Source: Roseibacillus sp.
GTDB lineage: Bacteria; Verrucomicrobiota; Verrucomicrobiia; Verrucomicrobiales; Akkermansiaceae
Reading direction: 5' to 3'
NCBI GenBank assembly: GCA_051251855.1
Contig: JBPOGI010000007.1
Location: 192,001-256,000, forward strand
DNA length: 64,000 nucleotides
A program made the position numbers and the translations under genes. Of this stretch, positions 38,879 through 46,700 are shown piece after piece. Position 1 is the first letter of the stretch, and the number at the start of each line of letters is the position of its first letter. The notes beneath the pieces were generated by a model. The model did not search any database. It had not been told where the DNA came from and saw nothing but the letters and a program-made list of their open reading frames with translations.

Positions 38879-39817
38879 TCACTCAACCGTGGGCTCCTCT
38901 TCGGCATCAGCTTCTATAGTAGCTTCGGGGTCGAGCACCTCCAAGAAATCCTTGGTCCACTTTACCTCACTTTGGTGACCTGCAAACTGCTCCAAATGCT
39001 TGAGCATGGAAAGAGCCGCACCCTTCTGGTCTCCCATCTCGAAGATCTTTTTCTCCAGGTCCCAGAGCATTTGAGGCCGCTTTTCCACGAGGAATCGCTC
39101 GAAGGCTGCCGAGCGCTCTCCTTTGTCGGGAGCCTTTGATTTGGCCTCTTGCAAATTCGCCTCTTGCAGGATCCACTTGCCCCAAGCGGTGCGGAAGGAA
39201 GCGACATCCTTCTTTTTTGCGAGTGGTGGTAAAATATGCTTCTTGTAGACATCATCCAGCTTCACCGGAGAAACAGGCCACTTTTCGTCCGAGCTGATTC
39301 CGTAGGCCAGCGCAAAGACGGTCTTGGTGACATCTTCCTCCAAGGCCTTGAACTGTTTGGCCTCCAGAGCCTCATCACCAATAATGGCATCTAAGCACGA
39401 AATCGCTCGCGCAGAAAGCTCACCCTCACTGCCTGCTCCCATCGCATTGGCTTCAACAGTCAAAAGAAGCCAATTAAGCTGATGCCGGAGAACCCGCCGA
39501 AACCCCTCACCGTCCTCCTTCTCCTTGTGACGACGTTTCCATTCCCGAAAGTCCTGAGCACTCTTCTTCTCATCTTCGAAGCGCACTTTCTCGACGCATT
39601 TAAGATAGAGCTCATGAGCACGGTCATCACTGCCGATGGCAGCACGGAAGGCTGACAAAGCACTCCCCGCCCTTTTTTCGGCGCGCCCCCCTGCTCCTTC
39701 TTGCACTTCCTTCAACTTCTCTAGCAGAGCCTGTCGATCCGCTTCCGATAAGAAATCGTCCTGCCCCAAAACACCACTCATCATTGCTGCAGATAAAAGA
39801 AGAACTCGTAATCTCAT
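38879..39817 (-). CDS. Hypothetical secreted alpha-helical protein
   Basis: Signal MRLRVLLLSAAMMSGVLG; native codon style. Confidence 0.65.
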   Translation of the reverse strand: MRLRVLLLSAAMMSGVLGQDDFLSEADRQALLEKLKEVQEGAGGRAEKRAGSALSAFRAAIGSDDRAHELYLKCVEKVRFEDEKKSAQDFREWKRRHKEKEDGEGFRRVLRHQLNWLLLTVEANAMGAGSEGELSARAISCLDAIIGDEALEAKQFKALEEDVTKTVFALAYGISSDEKWPVSPVKLDDVYKKHILPPLAKKKDVASFRTAWGKWILQEANLQEAKSKAPDKGERSAAFERFLVEKRPQMLWDLEKKIFEMGDQKGAALSMLKHLEQFAGHQSEVKWTKDFLEVLDPEATIEADAEEEPTVE

Positions 39818-39946
39818 AAGAGAGAGAACGTGCCAGCTCTTTGCTTTCTTTGCCAGAAAGGAAAAAATATCCGCTGCTCGAAAAATCAACGTCTACCACC
39901 ACTCTTGAGGCTTGGCTCGAACCCGACATGTGGCAAAGCTGGCCCC

Positions 39947-40984
39947 ATGCCTCGCCTATCTATTACCGAACTCAGCCAACAAGCTTCGGAAACACCCTTG
40001 AGCGCAACCTTTCACGCCCAATTAGCCAACCTTAGTGAAAAGGAGACCAAATCTGGCAAACCGTATTTGGAAGCAGGGATGGCGGATTCCACCGGGGCCT
40101 TCACCCTGAAGGCTTGGGCAGACCATCCTCTTTTTAAAGAACTTCAGACCCTCCCAATCGGCACTGGTCTTGAAATCAGCGGTAAATTCACCCGCAACCA
40201 GTGGGGCATGGACGGATCCCCTTGGAAATTCAGTCTCTTGGACGAGTCCGCCAACCAAGAACTCCTCGCCGGAGATCCCGCAACCTTGGAGCGACAGAAC
40301 AAGGACTATGCAGATATCGACTCATTCGTGTCTTCCCTCAAAGACCCCCGTCTCGCCGCCCTCTCTCGCCGCTTTCTCAACGTCTTTGGAGAACGATTTC
40401 GCCGCACCGCAGCCGCTCGCCGCAACCACCATGCGCGTCGAGGTGGTCTAGTCGAACACGTGGCACAGATGATGCGGTCAGCCAATGCTATTGTGGGAGT
40501 TTACCCAGCACTCAATCGAGACCTCATACTCACAGGCGTTCTTTTCCACGATTGCGGAAAGCTCTGGGAAAACTCATACCCCGAAAGCGGCTTTACTCAA
40601 CTTCACCAACTTTCCGGCGAGATGATGGGCCACATTCCTCTCGGGATTGAGCTCGCTAACAAGCTCTGGCGCGACCTGCTGCTCTCTCCTGAGGCCGAAG
40701 CTTGGACCGATCTTTCTCCCAGTTCCGAAACCGTGCGCATTCACCTCCTTCATCTCATCGCCTCCCACCACGGCACTCACGAATTCGGCTCCCCCACGCT
40801 GCCACGCACACCCGAGGCCTTCGCGTTGCACTATATCGACAACCTTGATGCAAAATACGAAATGCTCAAAGACGCCTACGCGGAAGCCAATGAAGTAGTC
40901 CCAGGAATCCTCGAACGCCGCTTTCCCCTTCCCTCGAATCTGGTCGTTCCTCTGCCTTCTTTTAAAGGCCAAGACTCGACCTAA
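39947..40984 (+). CDS. OB-fold + HD-domain protein, YhaM/Cbf1-like 3'-5' exoribonuclease
   Basis: TKSGKPYL..DSTG (OB fold); AA..NHHA..GGLVEH; FHDCGK; GHI; HLIASHHG..EFGSP..P.TPEA..LHYIDNLDA. Confidence 0.85.
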   Translation: MPRLSITELSQQASETPLSATFHAQLANLSEKETKSGKPYLEAGMADSTGAFTLKAWADHPLFKELQTLPIGTGLEISGKFTRNQWGMDGSPWKFSLLDESANQELLAGDPATLERQNKDYADIDSFVSSLKDPRLAALSRRFLNVFGERFRRTAAARRNHHARRGGLVEHVAQMMRSANAIVGVYPALNRDLILTGVLFHDCGKLWENSYPESGFTQLHQLSGEMMGHIPLGIELANKLWRDLLLSPEAEAWTDLSPSSETVRIHLLHLIASHHGTHEFGSPTLPRTPEAFALHYIDNLDAKYEMLKDAYAEANEVVPGILERRFPLPSNLVVPLPSFKGQDST

Positions 40985-41158
40985 TACGGAAACCTCAGAA
41001 TTTGAACTGCAATTTCTGCTCCTTTTTATAATGGAGCCACCCCAAAATTCGACACATTGTAAATACAAAGGATATTTAATCAAGGTCTTGCAAACGGCTC
41101 GTAGATAGTTATAAGCTCCCGCAAATTCCTTTCTCTCACTCAAAAAGCCCCCTCTGAC

Positions 41159-41800
41159 GTGGTAAAACTCAAAATAGCTCCAGAATTCGCACCAGAAACT
41201 TCAGATTTATCTGAGCTTGATGACGCGACCCTCGTAGCTCAGTGCCAAGCTGAACTGCCCGATAACCTTACCGCTTATCGGGAGCTCGTAAAACGGTATG
41301 AGGGACTGATATTCAATACGTGCCGACGAGTGATCGGCTCTCAGGAAGACGCCGAAGAAGTTACTCAGGACACCCTTCTTCAGATCTTTCACAAGATACA
41401 TCAGTTCCAAGGACGCTCATCTTTTAAGACATGGCTGTATAAAATTGTGCACAATTACTGCCGTAACCGCATCTCTAAACTTGCAAGGAAACGTGAGGGC
41501 CAAAATTCTTACGAAGAACATGCCGCAAATGATGAGGACGATCGCGAGGCTAACAACCGACGCGCTGCGCTCTCTCAAGCCGTCGAGGAAGCCCTCGGCA
41601 AACTAAAAAAATCAGAGCGTGAGGTCATTGTGCTGAAGTTTATGTCCGGACTCACTCTGCAGGAAACTGCAGATGTTTTAGGCGTGAAGCTCAGTGCGGC
41701 CAAAATGCGACTTTATCGGTCTCTCGAGTCCTTTAAAGAAGCCTACTCACGAATTGATAACGCCCCCCCCGTCCCCAACTTCCATACCACAGATGACTGA
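41159..41800 (+). CDS. sigX: ECF sigma factor, SigX-like
   Basis: LDDATLVA..AYRELVKRY..FNTC.R..G...DAEEVTQ..FQGRSSFKTWLY.I..N.C; region 4 LSAAKMRLYR. Resembles Pseudomonas SigX as recalled, and has a cmpX-like neighbour. Confidence 0.75.
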   Translation: MVKLKIAPEFAPETSDLSELDDATLVAQCQAELPDNLTAYRELVKRYEGLIFNTCRRVIGSQEDAEEVTQDTLLQIFHKIHQFQGRSSFKTWLYKIVHNYCRNRISKLARKREGQNSYEEHAANDEDDREANNRRAALSQAVEEALGKLKKSEREVIVLKFMSGLTLQETADVLGVKLSAAKMRLYRSLESFKEAYSRIDNAPPVPNFHTTDD

Positions 41801-42044
41801 AGAAACATTCAACCCCGACGACTCCGTCTTCAACGACCTCTTTGCTGAGGCCGGCTGGAATGACGTTGCTAAGGCTCCCCCCAATGAGCGCAGAGTCGAA
41901 GAGATCACTCAACGTGCCATCTCCGAGACAATCGTCAAAGAGTCGAGCTCTTTCCTATTCCTAGGCTTCAGTTCTGCCCTTTCAGGGATTTTTGCAGCCT
42001 TCTTTGGCTGTATCAGCGACAACGACGAAGACTACAAACCTTGA
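41793..42044 (+). CDS. Small protein, CfrX/CrfX-like candidate anti-sigma partner
   Basis: 83 aa; start overlaps the sigma stop; acidic N-terminus and hydrophobic C-terminal helix; lies between sigma and cmpX-like genes. Confidence 0.6.
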   Translation: MTEETFNPDDSVFNDLFAEAGWNDVAKAPPNERRVEEITQRAISETIVKESSSFLFLGFSSALSGIFAAFFGCISDNDEDYKP

Positions 42045-42083
42045 TTTTCGCTGGCGACTCTCTCATTGTCGCCACGGAATATC

Positions 42084-43031
42084 ATGATCTTCGCGCAAAC
42101 TCCTCCGCCAACGAACCCTGCTGCCACTGAGTTGGTAGCGAAAACTGCCCAGACAATCCAAGGATCGGGTGAGCAAATCACCGACCCCCCCCCTGGATTT
42201 TCACTGAACTACATCTTTGAAAAACTCCGAGAAGCCTTTATTGAAATGGCTGACGGAGCGATCAGCGCCCTGCCCAATCTTGTCATTGCAGGCGTTCTCT
42301 TATTCGTCGGTCTCATTGCCGCCAAGGTCATCCGCGCCGTCCTCACCAGCACCTTCAAGAAAATCAATCTAGATAGTGCATTCGATAAGATGGGGCTCAC
42401 CGAGATTTTCTCCAAAATCGGTCTCAAGGCCGGCCCCAGCTCAGCAATCCCCAAGCTTCTCTACTGGCTCATCCTCCTCGCTTTCATTAAGGTAGCCGCC
42501 GACAAGGCCGGAATCGAAGACATCTCCACTCTCCTTGATCAAATCATGGCCTTCTTGCCCAAGGTGCTGACCGCCTCGATCATTCTTTTGGTAGGCTTCA
42601 TTGTTGCCGACTTGATTCAGAATGCAGCCTTCCGCTCGCTCGATAATATTGGGCTCGAATACGCAGGCAGCCTCTCTCGCATCCTTTTTGGCTTCATCTT
42701 CATTCTCGTTCTCACCGTTGCCTTTGCCCAATTAGGCATTGAGACCGAACTTCTCAACTCCTCTGTAAAGATCGTTCTAGCAGGTTTGGCCCTCGCACTT
42801 GCGATTGCGCTCGGCTTGGGATTGAAGACCCTTGCCGGTCACATCGTCGCAGGGGTCTATGCACGCGACCTCTACAAAATTGGAACCGAGATTCACTACG
42901 ACGACCTTCCGGCCAAGGTCTCTGGGGTAGGCCCCCTCACAACCAAGCTGACTCGGGACGATGGCACATTCGTGATTATTCCTAACACCATTATGGTCAA
43001 CGAAGTCATCCGCGGTCGCACCGAAAACTAA
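42084..43031 (+). CDS. cmpX: CmpX-like small-conductance mechanosensitive channel (TM_helix repeats + MscS domain)
   Basis: LPNLVIA..G..AK..R and FLPKVLTA..G repeats; QLGIET; ALAIALGLG; IVAGVYARDLYKIG. Confidence 0.8.
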   Translation: MIFAQTPPPTNPAATELVAKTAQTIQGSGEQITDPPPGFSLNYIFEKLREAFIEMADGAISALPNLVIAGVLLFVGLIAAKVIRAVLTSTFKKINLDSAFDKMGLTEIFSKIGLKAGPSSAIPKLLYWLILLAFIKVAADKAGIEDISTLLDQIMAFLPKVLTASIILLVGFIVADLIQNAAFRSLDNIGLEYAGSLSRILFGFIFILVLTVAFAQLGIETELLNSSVKIVLAGLALALAIALGLGLKTLAGHIVAGVYARDLYKIGTEIHYDDLPAKVSGVGPLTTKLTRDDGTFVIIPNTIMVNEVIRGRTEN

Positions 43032-43050
43032 CGTTTTCAGACAAAGAAAA

Positions 43051-43084
43051 AAACCGTGTGACTTATTCGCAGATCTGCGCGTCT
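43051..43084 (+). promoter_or_regulatory. ECF-type promoter, copy 1
   Basis: AAACCG-TGTGACTT(43057-64)-N16-GTCT(43081-84). Confidence 0.75.
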
Positions 43085-43090
43085 GTATGA

Positions 43091-43166
43091 GTGTCCCAGC
43101 AATGGGACGTGCGTTGTTGTTCCCACGAGCGGGGGTTGGTTTCGACCAGCCCTCGCTCACTTTTTT
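43091..43166 (+). ncRNA. Putative sibling sRNA, copy 1
   Basis: GTCCCA-GCAA-TGGGAC hairpin; GCGTTGTTGTTCCCAC; 14-bp TTCG-capped stem at 43127-43158; T6. Confidence 0.75.
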
Positions 43167-43197
43167 AAGACACGTGCTCTAGACGAAAGTTTCTTAG

Positions 43198-43231
43198 AAA
43201 CGCTGTGACTTTTTACCAGGGCCGTGTGTCT
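43198..43231 (+). promoter_or_regulatory. ECF-type promoter, copy 2
   Basis: AAACGC-TGTGACTT(43204-11)-N16-GTCT(43228-31). Confidence 0.75.
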
Positions 43232-43237
43232 ACATTC

Positions 43238-43336
43238 ACGTCCCAGAGATGGGGCATGTTATATCCCAGCAATGGGATGTGCGTTGTTGTTCCCACGAGC
43301 GGGGGTTGGTTTCGACCAGCCCTCGCTCACTTTTTT
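43238..43336 (+). ncRNA. Putative sibling sRNA, copy 2 (two GNRA hairpins)
   Basis: GTCCCA-GAGA-TGGGGC, then ATCCCA-GCAA-TGGGAT, the same 16-nt linker, stem at 43297-43328, T6. Confidence 0.75.
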
Positions 43337-43368
43337 CAAGATGCTTCCTTTTTACGCCGGCTGTCTAA

Positions 43369-43402
43369 AAACGGTGTGACTTATCCCAAGGTCTTCGTGT
43401 CT
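43369..43402 (+). promoter_or_regulatory. ECF-type promoter, copy 3
   Basis: AAACGG-TGTGACTT(43375-82)-N16-GTCT(43399-402). Confidence 0.75.
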
Positions 43403-43408
43403 CTAGTT

Positions 43409-43484
43409 ATGTCCCAGCAATGGGATGTGCGTTGTTGTTCCCACGAGCGGGAGTTGGTTTCGACCAGCTCTCGCTCATTTTTTT
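43409..43484 (+). ncRNA. Putative sibling sRNA, copy 3
   Basis: GTCCCA-GCAA-TGGGAT; same linker; stem at 43445-43476 with a G-C to A-U compensatory change; T7. Confidence 0.75.
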
Positions 43485-43783
43485 CAAGGGAGAGAGATAA
43501 ATTGAAGGACTTCCAGTGGACGGATGCTCCTGCTTCTTATCCTTACTAAAGCAATCAGAACGAGGCATGACGAGGTCAATGCCCTCCGCCCCTCGCTATT
43601 AGACCTTTGACGACTAGACCTTTAAGGACTGGAACTGGTCGGTGCATTCCTGAGGCTCACCCCTTGCTTCGTCACTCGGATTTACCGTTCTTCTCCACTC
43701 TTGCTGGACGGCTAGAATGGAGAAGATGGAACGAGTTTATCGATTGAAAAGAGGCCGGCTTTGAACGCACTTCTTTTCCCCCA

Positions 43784-46700
43784 CTAGAATTGCGGCAAGG
43801 GATAGATGTGAGACCTCTTGTCATCTCCCGGCAAGACTTTCACCATCACTGCTCGATGTGATTCAATCAAGAGGTCCGCGTCACGGTTCAAGAGTTGCGA
43901 GTCGTTCAAATCCAACCAGTAGTTGTAGGGTCCAGCGTCGGCCAACATGTATCCTAAATACCCCGTCTTATATTCGGTGACACCCACCTCATCAACAACA
44001 CGGTCGCCTTTCCAGAACAGAAGCTCGGAACTCTTCGTTGGAGAAGCTCCGCCATCAAAACCAGCAGCCAAGGTAAGATCCCGGCCATTAGCTCCCGCCG
44101 GCGATTGGTCCAAAGGCCACATCGCCCCTGTGAGGTTGAAGCCTTCGTTCATGGGAGCCGCTTGGTCATAATCAGCAACCATTCCGAAAGTGAACTGCTC
44201 CACTGGAGGAATCGTCGCGGGAGCAAGCGCATCCCCAGAGCTCTTGGGATGAATCCAATTTCCCATCGAAGGATCCAGACGGAGGCCTCCCTGGTCAACT
44301 TGAGCGAAAGGATCAGTCACCCGAATCCATTTTGTATCGGGAGCCGTGCCAACCAACATCAAGGTTTCGAATCCAGGATCACTCTTTCGAACATCATAGA
44401 AGAGCAGTCGGGTCGCATCCGCTGGATTTGAGTCCTCTTCGCCGGCAAATGTCGTCGTCTTATCGAACACTTCATCGATGGTGCGATAGCGAATCACTTC
44501 GTAGCTTGCTCCATTAAGTCCACTATCGGTGGGCAAACCATCGAGAGTATTCAGGGAGGCCACTGCGGTGTCAAAAATATCACTATCGTTGAGAAGAGAG
44601 ATCGTTCCAATACCACCGCCCAGAATATCGAAGCGGTGTCCTTCAAAAAGACCGCTCGTAATCTGGAGATACTTTTCACCATTGCTTCCGACAACGGATG
44701 ACAAGTCCACGTTCCCTACTGAGTCGCTAACATCTAAGATGATGTCTCCGGTTTCAGAGTCTGTCGCAAGGGTGAGAACCCCACTACCGAAGGTACCACT
44801 CAACTCAGGCTTCTCTTTAAAGGGAGAACTAAAGCTGAGGCACTGATAGTCGCCAAACAGATTGCACTGCCAACCAAAGGTCCTACTGTAGAAGACTTCA
44901 TCTGGAGTAATGGTCTCACTGCCGTCGACATCGATCTCCACCTTCATTCGAACAACTCCATTCTGAGGAGTCACCGGTCCGGTGGAATTTTGAATATCGC
45001 TATAGATAACTTTCTCGGCCTCCACTGGAACATCAGCGTCCGTGATGTTCACAGTAGGCGTGATGTCAGACAAGTCACTCCACACAGTCGGGGTATCCAA
45101 GGTCGCAGCCCCTTGCAGGGTGTAAGTCACATCATTGAGACCACCACGACGACGCATGAACTGGGCAGTGACGCTTCCATCAGGAGCCTTGGTGAGACAG
45201 AACTCGCCGTGTCCGGGAAGTCCATCACCAGGGTTTAGGCAGAAGGCATACTCCAGAGCATTCGGATAGATATCTCCATCAGGATTGTCAGCCAAGCCAT
45301 CGTTGGTTCCGGGGTTTGAGGTGTGGTCCAGCGCACTATCGTTCGTGTCTTGGAACTCGGTATAAGTGCCGGACTTTGGAGAAGTGAAGCCAAAGTCATA
45401 ACTCGCGTTGGCTCCTTCTCCTGATGGATCGGCCTGCTGGTCGGTGGCGGTTTGACCCTGGATGGCAATAGCCGGCGCTCCCGCAGGGTCGTTGCTATCG
45501 GTCAAACTGGTGGCCGTTCCACTTTCGATCACAGTAGGCTCGGTTCCTGTCGGAGTTTGCACGGAGAGAACATAAGTCGGCTCTGCGCCTGCCCCGTCTC
45601 CATTGTAGTCCTCGTCCATGAGCAGATTGCCAAAGTCATAGTGACCTGTTGTGTCTGTTACATCAGTGAGAGAGACAACCGTTCCGTCCGGATAAGTGAT
45701 GGTCAAGGTGACCACCGCACCTTCGATGGCAGGTTCGCCACTCTCTTGCACACCATCATTGTTGCTGTCGAACCAGACGTAGTTTCCAATCGCAGCAGGA
45801 TCCTTGTAGTAGCCAAAGTCGGCGGTGTCATCGTCGGGATTTCCTGAGTCGATGGTCACAGGATAGCCGCCGTCCTCCTGACTGTTGCCATCGGTGCCAG
45901 GATTCGGTCCCACGCTATGCCAGTAACCGTCGAGTTCATTGCCGTCGTCCGTCACCACCACGATGTAGTCATCGAATGGAAGGCCATCGAAGAGATACTC
46001 CCCATTCGCGTCCGTAGTGGTTGTTCCAACCGCCGGATCACCTGAGTCCACAATCCCGTCGCCATCGATATCGCGATAGAGCACCACGGTGACGCCTTCG
46101 ATTCCAGCTTCGCCACCGTCGAGAACTCCGTCACCATCGACATCATTCCAAATGGTCGTTCCAATGCTTCCTCCGTCAGTCGAAACATAACCGAAGTCTT
46201 GGTCCACATTATCCGGTGCTCCACTGGTCAAAGTGACCTCGCTCTCTGAATCAAGTCCCCCATCGTTGTCGAAGGTATTATCAAGGGCTTCCAAGACGCC
46301 ACCCGGGTCAAAGTTGCTGTCAGCAATCTTCACCGTGTAGTCGGCGCCGGCAGCACCGCTGCCATCATCAAGAGGTAAACCTCCGAAGTAGTAGCTACCG
46401 TCAGGACCGGTCTCGGTCACTGCGATGAGCTCACCTTGTTCATCGTAGAGTTCGACCAACACCCCGGGGAGACCCGTATCGGACTCGTTCTGGTCAGCGC
46501 CCCCATCGGCATCCAGCCAGACGTAGTTGCCAATCGAACCGGTCTCGGCCGCAGGCTGGAATCCGAAGTCTTGAGCATCGTCATTCCGCGTCGTGGCATC
46601 GGTGGTGTCTAAGCTCAAGGTTGAGGAGTCATCCGTTCCACCATCGCTTCCGCTCTCAGTTGGAACCGGACTAAACTCTGGAGGCAAGGTCGAGGTATCG

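Noticed and set aside
43051..43484. Repeat array as a CRISPR array
   Set aside because: Units are ~75 nt with terminators, the intervening DNA carries a conserved promoter motif, and no cas genes are in the window
43091..43484. CsrB/RsmZ-type sponge RNAs
   Set aside because: GGA lies in stems rather than in hairpin loops, and there are few copies
43205..43549. 114-aa ORF across the RNA array (also 42777..43160 on the minus strand)
   Set aside because: It runs through promoter motifs and terminators; conservation follows base pairing, not codons
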